From a virus (taxonomy: Duplodnaviria; Caudoviricetes): a DNA stretch of 63,007 bases. A program made the position numbers and the translations under genes. Below, piece by piece: positions 18,684 to 27,196 of this stretch (position 1 is its first letter; the number at the start of each line of letters is the position of its first letter). The stretch lies in the IMG/VR virus record IMGVR_UViG_3300011438_000011, positions 1-63,007 of that record. One strand, given 5' to 3'. The notes under the pieces are model-generated. The model did no database searches, was not told where the DNA came from, and saw only the letters and a program-made list of their open reading frames with translations.

Positions 18684-20273
18684 ATGACCACATCCTTCGA
18701 TGCCACGTTCACCAATCCCCTCGAGCGCGCGCTCGCAGACGACGAGCAGCTCCGAGACACCCTGTTCGGCCGCTCGATCGCCGAGGCCATGCGGTCTCTG
18801 TTCGGCTCGCCGACGTTCCTCGGGAGCCAGGGCATCGGGGCGAACGACTTCGACTTGTTCAAGATGGCCTCGCGGACTCGCGTGTGGGGGTTGGACATCG
18901 GATCGATCACGGCCGGTCCTCGCCAGCTCACGATCAACGCCGGGGTCGTGGGCGCCGATTTCGGCCTCGAAGCTCCGGGCGTCGACGACTCGACATATCG
19001 GCTCGGGCTCAACCTGGCGCCGGCGGCCGTGGCGTTGCCGGCGGCTGACAACCTGTGGCACCTGTTGCAGTGCCGGATCGAGAACGTCGACATCAGCGAG
19101 ACCCGCGACATCTTGACCGTCCCGGTGACCCGGACCTACGCGCCCCAGACCGTGCTCAAGCGCAAGCTCAAGCGCCTGGTGTTCCAGATCATCACCGGGA
19201 CCGGCTCGGCGATCCCGTCGCCGACTGCCGGGTGGGTGCCGCTCTACGGCTTCGTGATCCCGACCACCGGAACCACGCTTCCCGTCACGGGGCTCGTGGT
19301 CGACCTGCGTGCATCGAGCCAGGTCGCTTTCGATCGGACGGAGAACGAAGAGGACGGGGGCGGCCATGGGGTCGCCCGGGTTCTCTCCCGTCGGTTGTCG
19401 ACGGTGAGCTCCAACTTCGGCGAGTTCGACTTCACCGCGATCGTCGACGGCGTGATGCTCCATGCGCACACCGTCGACGCCGAGACGAGCCTCAATGCCT
19501 TGGTGGCCGGCGGCGCTTCGCCGACCCTGGGGGTCTGGCACTACGTGTACCTGGCGCCGTCGCCGATCGGGGGTCAGTGCGGCAACGCGCTCCAGGCGGC
19601 TCGGGCCGACCCCGATGAGCCGATCGTGTCCAACTGCGTGGTGCTGATCTCCGCGTCTGCGCCGCGGCACGACGGGCGCAACAGCATCGCGCTCGGGTGC
19701 GTCGCGCCGTTCGGCGGTTCAAGCATCGCGATCGGCGCGGCGGTCTGCGTCGGGGTGTTGCTCCGCGCCACGAGCGGCACCAGCTGGGAACCGATCGTGA
19801 TCTCCGCGTCCGGCGACGTCCGGCTCGAGAGCCCACAGGCCACGCACGTCGTCGATCCGTCGACGCTCGGCGCCGTGCAGGTCGCGACGGTCACGACCGC
19901 TCAGCTCCTGCCGATCAACCTGGTCAACCAGGCGGTCGTGCAGTTCGGCATGAAGACCAAGACGCCATCCCAGACCGCCGGTGGTGTGAACGGCCTCTTG
20001 CTCGTCACGCCGACGCCAGCAGGGGCAGCCGTCGCGGCGGACGCGCGCACGTATGGCAATGTCCTACTCAACCCCTTGATCCAGGAGTCGTATCAGGAGT
20101 TGTGTGTGGTCCTGGCATCTGGTGCTCTGGTGTCGGGCTTCGGAACACTCGACTTCAAGATCGAGACGCGCGACGCGTCGGGGGTAGTTATCGCGCTGCC
20201 GAATGGACTGTTGACACAGGTCACGAATGCTGGAGCGCAGCTCAAATGCCGTGTTGTGGGCTTCCGACTGTAG
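18684..20273 (+). CDS. Putative tail fibre/receptor-binding protein
   Basis: 529 aa; last structural gene; 3' end visibly less GC-rich. Confidence 0.55.
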   Translation: MTTSFDATFTNPLERALADDEQLRDTLFGRSIAEAMRSLFGSPTFLGSQGIGANDFDLFKMASRTRVWGLDIGSITAGPRQLTINAGVVGADFGLEAPGVDDSTYRLGLNLAPAAVALPAADNLWHLLQCRIENVDISETRDILTVPVTRTYAPQTVLKRKLKRLVFQIITGTGSAIPSPTAGWVPLYGFVIPTTGTTLPVTGLVVDLRASSQVAFDRTENEEDGGGHGVARVLSRRLSTVSSNFGEFDFTAIVDGVMLHAHTVDAETSLNALVAGGASPTLGVWHYVYLAPSPIGGQCGNALQAARADPDEPIVSNCVVLISASAPRHDGRNSIALGCVAPFGGSSIAIGAAVCVGVLLRATSGTSWEPIVISASGDVRLESPQATHVVDPSTLGAVQVATVTTAQLLPINLVNQAVVQFGMKTKTPSQTAGGVNGLLLVTPTPAGAAVAADARTYGNVLLNPLIQESYQELCVVLASGALVSGFGTLDFKIETRDASGVVIALPNGLLTQVTNAGAQLKCRVVGFRL

Positions 20274-20286
20274 TAGTCTTCCCGGC

Positions 20287-21183
20287 ATGTCAATCACTCT
20301 GCCGAACATTACCGCCCTGCTGATCGCGCTCTGGGGGCTGGTGTCGACCTTCGTGGCGCTCACCCCGTCGACGAAGGACGACAACTTCATCTCGAGGTTC
20401 CGGTGGATCCTCGAGCTGCTCTCGTTCCTCCAGCCCAAGACCTCACCGGGGCTGTTGTCGATCCCGGGTCAGCCCGCGGCAACGGTGGAGTACCAGGAGA
20501 CCAAGCCGCTCCTGTCCACGAGGGTGACGCGGCCGATCGCGACGATCTCCGACATGCCGGCGGGGCTCGTCGATCGCCGCGACTTCGCCGCGCAGGCGCA
20601 CGGCCCGAAGGCCGAATGGAAGGTCTACGGCCGACCGTGGGAGAAGACCACCGGGGTTTGCCTGCACCAGACCGCATGCGTGCTCGGCGAGCGCGTGGAG
20701 CGGTGGGACACGGTCGGCGCGCACCTCGGGATCACCCGGTCGGGCAAGATCTTGTGGCTGCACTCGCTGGACACCGTCGTTGCGGCGGCCAACGGGTGGA
20801 ACGCGCAGACCATCTCGATCGAAGTCGATGGGCTGTTCGCCGGTGTCGAGGGCGATCCGAAGACCGTGTGGGACGATCCCACGACGCCGATCCGCGAGGT
20901 CGAGATGGTGCCGACCACCGAGCAGCTCGCCGCGCTCGCCGATGCGATCCGGTGGATCGGCTCCGAGATCGCCCACCACGGCGGCCGACTCCATGCGCTG
21001 GTGGCTCACCGCCAGTCGAGCTCCGATCGCAAGAACGACCCGGGCTCGGCGATCTGGAAAGGAGTCGCCATCCCGTTGATGGCCGAGCTCGGCCTCACCG
21101 ACGGGGGCCCCGGGTTCCGCCTCGGCGATGGCTCCCCCATCCCCGAGGCGTGGGACGCGTCCCGGATCGGGATTCGATACTGA
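20287..21183 (+). CDS. Endolysin: N-acetylmuramoyl-L-alanine amidase (Amidase_2-like) with N-terminal membrane/holin-like domain
   Basis: VCLHQTA, NGWNAQTISIEVDG, VAHRQ, KNDPG motifs; N-terminal TM helix followed by TPSTKDD. Confidence 0.8.
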   Translation: MSITLPNITALLIALWGLVSTFVALTPSTKDDNFISRFRWILELLSFLQPKTSPGLLSIPGQPAATVEYQETKPLLSTRVTRPIATISDMPAGLVDRRDFAAQAHGPKAEWKVYGRPWEKTTGVCLHQTACVLGERVERWDTVGAHLGITRSGKILWLHSLDTVVAAANGWNAQTISIEVDGLFAGVEGDPKTVWDDPTTPIREVEMVPTTEQLAALADAIRWIGSEIAHHGGRLHALVAHRQSSSDRKNDPGSAIWKGVAIPLMAELGLTDGGPGFRLGDGSPIPEAWDASRIGIRY

Positions 21184-21188
21184 CTTGC

Positions 21189-21217
21189 TTGACGTCGGCA
21201 GGGAGCACAGGCATGGT
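21189..21217 (+). promoter_or_regulatory. Sigma70-like promoter, sRNA unit 1
   Basis: TTGACG-17 nt-CATGGT. Confidence 0.45.
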
Positions 21218-21223
21218 TGCCAT

Positions 21224-21302
21224 GTCGCGGCTGTAAACCCTGGTCGGTCGGCAGCCACGGCCCTCGAGCCCCATCGGATTCTCCGGTGGGGCTTGTTGGT
21301 TT
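21224..21302 (+). ncRNA. Candidate sRNA 1 (5' hairpin + terminator hairpin)
   Basis: 21224-21234 pairs with 21251-21261; 13-bp stem 21266-21294 followed by T-rich tail. Confidence 0.45.
21266..21302 (+). terminator. Intrinsic terminator
   Basis: GAGCCCCATCGGA-TTC-TCCGGTGGGGCTT then GTTGGTTT. Confidence 0.65.
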
Positions 21303-21308
21303 CCGGGG

Positions 21309-21337
21309 TTGACTTGTTCGCCCGTCGTGTGCACAGT
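21309..21337 (+). promoter_or_regulatory. Sigma70-like promoter, sRNA unit 2
   Basis: TTGACT-17 nt-CACAGT, exactly 120 nt after promoter 1. Confidence 0.45.
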
Positions 21338-21343
21338 CGGAGT

Positions 21344-21421
21344 GTCAGGTCGCCTTCTTGGCGGGAGCCGATCGCCGACAACCGAACGCCGCATCAATCC
21401 CGATGTGGCGTTCGGCTTTTT
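21344..21421 (+). ncRNA. Candidate sRNA 2
   Basis: Starts GTC 7 nt after the -10 box, as in unit 1; ends in a strong terminator. Confidence 0.45.
21382..21421 (+). terminator. Intrinsic terminator
   Basis: CCGAACGCCGCATC-AATCCC-GATGTGGCGTTCGG then CTTTTT. Confidence 0.8.
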
Positions 21422-21427
21422 GGCGAG

Positions 21428-21946
21428 GTGTGACAATGGCGACCGTTGTGCGCGATGGACACGTGCGCCATTGACACAAGGCATAACAGACACTTACGCT
21501 CGCGATGCTCCCGCCAATGAGCGCATGCCTGTTCATAGCGGCCCGTCCGCCCTCGGAGTCATCCGATGGCGACGTGCATCGAGCCGAGGCATCAGTCGAC
21601 GTCCCCAGCGTCACCCGTTCCGGTCTGGTTGACCGGCGCCTCCACGTGGTCATTTCTTGGCGAGGGGGGCTGGCATGCCCCTGGACTCGTGCATCGGGGC
21701 GACATACGCGCTACAGCTCGTCGGCTTGTCGTACGCCGACCTCGGGGCATCCCATCGCGGGATGTCCAACCCCTACGGCGGGCTGAATCGCGGTGCAGCC
21801 CGGCGGGGCCTCCCGCCGGCCGGTTCCCACCGGTGATCATGGGATCCATAACCGGGTGATGGATAAGCCATCCGGGTCAACGTCCCACGGACCCCATGGG
21901 CGGTGACAAAGGGGCATGCCATGTCCGGGGATCGGCAGGATCCCGA
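21428..21946. other. Hairpin-dense non-coding region (candidate large ncRNA or origin)
   Basis: No convincing ORF; many inverted repeats, back-to-back from 21720 to 21946. Confidence 0.55.
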
Positions 21947-21990
21947 ATCGCTGGCGGCAAGGGGGGTTGTGGAATAGTTTCAAGAACGGC

Positions 21991-22019
21991 TTGTTGGGGA
22001 CGGATGTACGTTGTACACA
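21991..22019 (+). promoter_or_regulatory. Putative early promoter overlapped by an inverted operator motif
   Basis: TTGTTG-17-TACACA; 22002-22015 is the exact reverse complement of TACAACGTACATCC at 23693-23706. Confidence 0.5.
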
Positions 22020-22025
22020 CGATGC

Positions 22026-22316
22026 ATGGACACGAACGCAAACGGCCGGCCCCGACGCCGGATCATCGTTGCCGCCCCCCGCTCGGTTGCGCCTGCCACC
22101 GTGCTCGCCCCCATGGCTTGCCCGTTCGTGCATGCCACCGCTGGCATCAAGCCGGCCTGCACGGTGTGCAAGCGCGCGTTCACGGATTCGGAGCTCAAGG
22201 AATTCGCCGCTGAGTGCAACGGCGATGTCCGGTGCAGTCTCGGGCGCCACGTCGCATCGTGCTGCGAGGGCTGCATGGCGTCCGAGCGCTACGGGAAGAG
22301 GATCGACCATGTGTAA
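22026..22316 (+). CDS. Cys-rich (Zn-finger-like) hypothetical protein
   Basis: CTVC and CCEGC motifs. Confidence 0.5.
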   Translation: MDTNANGRPRRRIIVAAPRSVAPATVLAPMACPFVHATAGIKPACTVCKRAFTDSELKEFAAECNGDVRCSLGRHVASCCEGCMASERYGKRIDHV

Positions 22317-22491
22317 CCCTGGACAACACAACATCAACGACGACGGCACGTGTACGAAGTGCGGCGCGAAGCGGACCGGTCCGAGCCTGGCGCTCAAGGC
22401 CCGTGGCACCCGCAAGCCGAGGTTCCGCATCGACGGCGAAGATGGCATCGACGAGGCGGCGTGGGAGCGCGAGATGGACGGTCGCCGATGA
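22309..22491 (+). CDS. Small Zn-ribbon hypothetical protein
   Basis: GAGG RBS; MCNPGQH...CTKCG. Confidence 0.55.
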   Translation: MCNPGQHNINDDGTCTKCGAKRTGPSLALKARGTRKPRFRIDGEDGIDEAAWEREMDGRR

Positions 22492-22685
22492 TCCGGATCA
22501 CCAGCAACACCCGCGGCTACGCAACCGAGGAAGAGCGCGAGGCCGACGTGCGCGCCATGTTCGCATCCGGCGAGTACAACCGGTTCATCTACTACCGCGA
22601 CACGGCCGCGCCGTTCGCCGTGATGCACCTCCGCAACCCGGCGATCGGCCCCATCCGCAACACCGCCCCCGACATCACGTACTGA
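22488..22685 (+). CDS. Hypothetical protein
   Basis: ATGA overlap; MIRITSNTRGY... Confidence 0.6.
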   Translation: MIRITSNTRGYATEEEREADVRAMFASGEYNRFIYYRDTAAPFAVMHLRNPAIGPIRNTAPDITY

Positions 22686-22696
22686 AAGGACCGACC

Positions 22697-23650
22697 ATGA
22701 CCCCCAGCATCAACAACCTCGCCGACCTCAAGTCCCACCTCGCCACCGGAACGCGCCCGCTCGGCGCGCTCGTGTACTGGAGTGGCATCAACGACGTGAG
22801 GATCCCGCGCTCTACGTTTCGCTCCGAGTTCGAGCGCATGGGCCTCGGGGAGGCCGTCGGGAAAGACCCCAAGGCCGAGGCGTGCCTCAACATGGCGGCC
22901 GGTGTGGCGTCCCGCCGTCAAGGCAAGGACGTCCAGCCCGCGCGGATCCAGCTGAAGGAGAAGAACAGCCACGCGGTCTACGCGGTGCTCATGCGCCGCG
23001 ACGTCGCCATCCCCGGTGAAGACGCGCGCGTCCGGTACCTGGAAGAGGCCCGCGTCATGGTCGATCGCAGCCAGCACGCACCGTCGCCGCAGATCGTCAC
23101 CGCGTCGGACGTGGACCAAGACGACGCCCGCGACGCGGTGATCGCCGACATGGTCTCGGAGTACAACGACATGCTCGGCAACATCCGCACCCAAGAGTGC
23201 TCCGAGGCGCTCATGAAGGCGGTGCAGATCCTCGGCGGGTTGTCGCTCCGACCGGGCGTGTACTTCGTGCCGGCGGCCAACCTCGCCCAGCTCGGCGAGC
23301 TCAAGCAGTTCATGGCCGACCATGCCGGGGTGGACATCTCGACCTGGTCCATCGCCACCAACGATGCGAACCTGGTACAGTCCCGGCGCGATGCGCGCGC
23401 GGCGTTCCTCGACAAGGTCTCCACGCTGGTGGAGGAATGCAAGGCGTTCGCGTCGTCGAAGGGCGACGAGCTCACGGCTCGGTCCATCAACGCCCGCATC
23501 AAGCGGTTCCACGACCTCGACGGTCAGGCCGGCTTGTACGCCGACATCCTCGGCGACCAGGTCACCGAGCTGCGCCGCGTGATCACCGACGCACGGAACT
23601 CGTTCCGCGACTCGGTCCTCGGCTCCGAGGACGCGGCTGCCGCGGCCTAA
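22697..23650 (+). CDS. DUF3150/DUF6744-like protein
   Basis: AAAGGA RBS; RPGVYFVP motif with helical C-terminus; directly upstream of AAA + vWA. Confidence 0.55.
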   Translation: MTPSINNLADLKSHLATGTRPLGALVYWSGINDVRIPRSTFRSEFERMGLGEAVGKDPKAEACLNMAAGVASRRQGKDVQPARIQLKEKNSHAVYAVLMRRDVAIPGEDARVRYLEEARVMVDRSQHAPSPQIVTASDVDQDDARDAVIADMVSEYNDMLGNIRTQECSEALMKAVQILGGLSLRPGVYFVPAANLAQLGELKQFMADHAGVDISTWSIATNDANLVQSRRDARAAFLDKVSTLVEECKAFASSKGDELTARSINARIKRFHDLDGQAGLYADILGDQVTELRRVITDARNSFRDSVLGSEDAAAAA

Positions 23651-23668
23651 AAAACCCCGAACCCGGGC

Positions 23669-23712
23669 TTGACCAGAAACTATCGCCCGGTCTACAACGT
23701 ACATCCAACGCA
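23669..23712 (+). promoter_or_regulatory. Promoter + operator motif
   Basis: TTGACC-18-TACAAC, continuing TACAACGTACATCCAACG. Confidence 0.65.
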
Positions 23713-23752
23713 CGCACATTCTAACCGACCAGATACCAAGGACCGACCGACC

Positions 23753-24964
23753 ATGACCAAGCCCACTGCCGCAGCTGCCCTCGCTCCGAAGTCCCGCCCC
23801 GATGCCACCGCCTCCGTCAGGCTGGTGGATCCGGTTGCCGCCACCGCATGCCAGAAGCTCCACGACATCGAGAGCGAGCTGAACGCCACGTTCGCCGAGC
23901 GCGAGCGGGAGATCCGCGGCCTGATGATCGCCCTCGTGGCCCGTGAACACGTCCTCCTCCTCGGCCCGGCCGGAACCGGCAAGTCCGCGCTGGCGCAGAC
24001 CGTGTGCAAGGCCATCCAAGGTGGCGAGTACTTCGAGCGGCTGCTCACCCGGTTTTCCGTCCCCGAAGAGGTGTTCGGCGCGGTGTCGCTGTCCGGGATG
24101 AAGGAGGACAAGTTCCGCCGCGTGACCACCGCCAAGCTGCCCGAGGCCCACGTCGGGTTCTTGGATGAGATCTTCAAGGCGAACTCGGCCATCCTCAACT
24201 CGCTGCTCACCATCCTCAACGAGCGCGCGTTCGACAACGACGGCGCGCGGACGTCGACGCCACTCGAGACCCTGGTGGGGGCGTCCAACGAGCTACCCGA
24301 AGGACCGGAGCTCGCCGCGCTGTTCGACCGGTTCTTGCTCCGGTTCTGGACCGGTTACACCCGCACCCAGGACTCGTTCGAGCGGCTGCTGGTCGGCGAC
24401 GAGCCCACGATCACGACCACCCTGGACCTCGCCGAGCTCGCCGCGGCGCAGGCCGAGGCCGCGAGCGTCACCATCCCGACCTCCACCATCGAGGAGTTGT
24501 TCAAGCTCCGCGCGGAGCTCAACGGTGCGGGGTGTGTGGTGTCCGATCGTCGGTGGCGCAAGGCCGCCAAGATCCTCCGCGCCACCGCGTGGCTCGAGGG
24601 CGCCACCGAGGTCACCCCCGACGTGTTCCCGATCCTGGCTCATGTGCTGTGGGACCTCCCCGACCAGCAGTCGGTGATCTCCCAGAAGGTCGCGCGCTAC
24701 GCGTCGGCGGAACTCGCCGAGGCCCAGGAAGCGTTCGACGCGATCGCCCAGCTGATGCAGGAGCTGCCGGCGATCGACACCCCGGAGTTCGCCCAGCGCG
24801 TGACGGGCGTGACCCGGGAGATGAAGAAGGCCCAGGAGAAGATCGGCCAGCTGGGCAAGGCCGGCAAGCCCACCATCAAGGCGAAGATCGACGCCATCGG
24901 CGCCGAGCTCGACCGCAAGTACAAGAACCTGCGCGAGCAGGCCGCCAAGGCCCTCGGCCTCTAG
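23753..24964 (+). CDS. MoxR-family AAA+ ATPase (RavA-like)
   Basis: Walker A GPAGTGKS; Walker B FLDEIFKANSAILNSLL; GASNELP; ALFDRF; SDRRW. Confidence 0.92.
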   Translation: MTKPTAAAALAPKSRPDATASVRLVDPVAATACQKLHDIESELNATFAEREREIRGLMIALVAREHVLLLGPAGTGKSALAQTVCKAIQGGEYFERLLTRFSVPEEVFGAVSLSGMKEDKFRRVTTAKLPEAHVGFLDEIFKANSAILNSLLTILNERAFDNDGARTSTPLETLVGASNELPEGPELAALFDRFLLRFWTGYTRTQDSFERLLVGDEPTITTTLDLAELAAAQAEAASVTIPTSTIEELFKLRAELNGAGCVVSDRRWRKAAKILRATAWLEGATEVTPDVFPILAHVLWDLPDQQSVISQKVARYASAELAEAQEAFDAIAQLMQELPAIDTPEFAQRVTGVTREMKKAQEKIGQLGKAGKPTIKAKIDAIGAELDRKYKNLREQAAKALGL

Positions 24965-25023
24965 CCCACCCACCGGACGCGCGACATCCCCGCGCGTTCC
25001 TCCACGGTCAAGCCGTGGCCCGT

Positions 25024-25130
25024 GGGGCGAGAAGCAGCTGGGCTTCGCCGGTGACCCCTGCGCTTACCACCCTCCAAAGTGCAGCGTGATGAACCGGCTC
25101 GGCGGGTTCGATCCCCGTCCGCTCCACCCA
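25024..25130 (+). ncRNA. tRNA-like/tmRNA-TLD-like RNA with G3.U70 pair and no normal anticodon loop
   Basis: Acceptor GGGGCG/CGCTCC + ACC; D-like arm GAAGC/GCTTC; stem GCCGGT/ACCGGC; T arm GCGGG-TTCGATC-CCCGT. Confidence 0.72.
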
Positions 25131-25179
25131 AATACGTACACACAACGGGTTGACGTCGTACGCACGATGATGGTATTAC
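25130..25179 (+). promoter_or_regulatory. Operator motif + promoter for vWA gene
   Basis: ACGTACACACAACGGG abutting TTGACG-18-TATTAC. Confidence 0.65.
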
Positions 25180-25218
25180 CATCCGTGCCGGGTGCACCCG
25201 GCACGAAAGGACCCCAAC

Positions 25219-26727
25219 ATGACCCCCGCGCAATCCAAGCCTACCGCCGCTCCCAAGCCTGACGTGGTCGGTGAACTCAAGAACGGAGCCGACGCAACCA
25301 TTCCCGTGCCGAAGTGGGATCGCTACGTGGCGGCCGGTGAAGCCAAAGAGGGCGGCTCGTTCGGCGAAGCCCTGGCGCGCCACCCCGGCGCTGCGTGGGC
25401 GGGATTCGCCCGCGAGGTCTTCAGTAAGCTCTACGGCTCGGTGGCGCACAAGGATCTGAAGCACGAGGAGCGCCCGGATGGTTCTGAGTGGGTCGAGAAG
25501 CTCCACGAGACCGCCGAGTCGCTCCCGGAATGGCGCGCCCTCCAGCAGCGCGCGCAACGCGACGCCTGGGCGTGCGGGATTGCGGCCGGCGAAGCCCTCA
25601 AGGTCGTGGCAGAGCAGGTCACGCCCCCGGCCGAGGACCCCCAGAAGATCGCCGACGAGCTCGAGCTCGTGAAGTCCTTGATGGAGGCCGGCAAGACCAC
25701 GCCCCAGCACTTGCGCAAGATGGCGTCGCTCCAGAAGGCCCACCAGTCGGCCATGCAGGCCGTCGGTGCGGCGACCAAGCACCTCGCCATCAAGCAAGCG
25801 AGCATCCGGTCCGCCATGCGCGGTGGCGCGATGGCGGCCCAGAAGGCCATCGACGAGATGGACTCGGCCATGGCCGGTATGTGCGGCGGTGAGGGCACGG
25901 GGCTCGCGTCGCGCACGTCAGTCCCCCCGGCGCAGCTGCGAAACGAGCTCCTCAAGAACACGAAGCTGCGCCGGGTCGCCGCGCTGGCAGGCCGCATGAA
26001 GGCCGCCGCGGTGTACAAGCAGCGGACCAAGGCCAAGATCGGGCAGGAGGAGATCTGCGACGTCACGCAGGGCGACAACGTCACCCGGCTCCTTCCCGTC
26101 GAGATCGGCATGCTGGCCGACGACACCACCGAGGCGCTATTGTTCCGCAAGCTCGGTGAGCGCGCGGCCCTCCAGTACGACATGCGCGGCAAGGAGAAGA
26201 AGTCCGAGGGCCCGATCATCCTGGCCGTCGACGAGTCCGGCTCGATGTCGGGCGCCCCCGACGAGTGGGCCAAGGCGGTCATGTTCGGGCTTCTCGAGAT
26301 CGCAGCGCGGCAGAACCGGGCGGTGTACTTGGTCCACTTCGACGGCCGCGTGACGCGCGTTGACGCGTTCCCGGACGCCCGCAAGATCGACCTCAAGGCC
26401 ATCGCCGACGCGGTGACGTACTTCACCGGTGGCGGGACGTCCATCGGCGCGGCCCTGACCGAGTGCGCGAACGTCATGGAGCGCAACGAGGGCCCGTGGA
26501 AGCGTGCGGATGTGATCCTCGTGACCGACGGCCAGTCCGGCGACTACGAGGCCCAGGCTGCGCAGATCAAGCGCATCAAGGGCCGCGGTGGCCACCTGTA
26601 CACGGTTGCGATCGGGTGCGAGCCGGACGCCATCCTCAAGGATGAGTCGGACGACGTCGTGTTCCTCCACTCCGAGGATGTCGAGTCGGGCGACACGTCG
26701 AAGGTGTCGGCGGTCTTCGCGATCTGA
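25219..26727 (+). CDS. vWA-domain protein (ViaA-like MoxR partner)
   Basis: MIDAS DESGSM...GGGT...VTDG; LLPVE motif. Confidence 0.88.
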   Translation: MTPAQSKPTAAPKPDVVGELKNGADATIPVPKWDRYVAAGEAKEGGSFGEALARHPGAAWAGFAREVFSKLYGSVAHKDLKHEERPDGSEWVEKLHETAESLPEWRALQQRAQRDAWACGIAAGEALKVVAEQVTPPAEDPQKIADELELVKSLMEAGKTTPQHLRKMASLQKAHQSAMQAVGAATKHLAIKQASIRSAMRGGAMAAQKAIDEMDSAMAGMCGGEGTGLASRTSVPPAQLRNELLKNTKLRRVAALAGRMKAAAVYKQRTKAKIGQEEICDVTQGDNVTRLLPVEIGMLADDTTEALLFRKLGERAALQYDMRGKEKKSEGPIILAVDESGSMSGAPDEWAKAVMFGLLEIAARQNRAVYLVHFDGRVTRVDAFPDARKIDLKAIADAVTYFTGGGTSIGAALTECANVMERNEGPWKRADVILVTDGQSGDYEAQAAQIKRIKGRGGHLYTVAIGCEPDAILKDESDDVVFLHSEDVESGDTSKVSAVFAI

Positions 26728-27196
26728 TGAGCTGGATAGATGACATCAACTGCCCAATCGACGAGAAATCAATGAGCATCACATACACCCCACGGCGCAA
26801 GACCGGAGTCGCCAAGACGGTCTGGTCCTACAACGATGGCTCGTTCGACTCGAGTGTCGACGGCGCCCAGTGGCTCGGCGAAGTTCACCAGCTGCTGGGG
26901 TTGCCTTTCGGTGCGGACAGCACGCCGGTTCGGGTGCCACGGTCCTGGAGGACGATAGCGACGAGCACGGGTGGGAGAAGAACTACCACGGCGCATCCGA
27001 TGTCCCGTCGGCGTATGTCGGTGTCGAGCTCCACGAGTTCGACGAGAGCGACCATTTCGAGTTGACCCGGCTCACGGCGATCGCGTTCACCCCCGAGCAG
27101 CTCGTGGAAGCCGCCACGAAGTACGAGAAGATCCCGATGGCCGTACGGGCCATCCTCCCGCCATTCAGCATCTACGTTCTCTGGAGCACGTCGTGA
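26727..27196 (+). pseudogene. Hypothetical gene apparently split across two frames near 26930
   Basis: Coding-like codons in ORF 26727 up to about 26925, then in ORF 26870..27196 from about 26933. Confidence 0.4.

Noticed and set aside
4602-20273. Stand-alone contractile injection system or tailocin
   Set aside because: Terminase, portal, scaffold and capsid genes are present, so this is a complete phage
25002-25013. 12-mer CCACGGTCAAGC also present at 54014-54025
   Set aside because: Two copies of a 12-mer are plausible by chance in 63 kb of GC-rich DNA; no consistent context
25101-25130. attP derived from a tRNA/tmRNA 3' end
   Set aside because: A matching 5' acceptor strand and internal stems are present, and no integrase was found; not fully excluded
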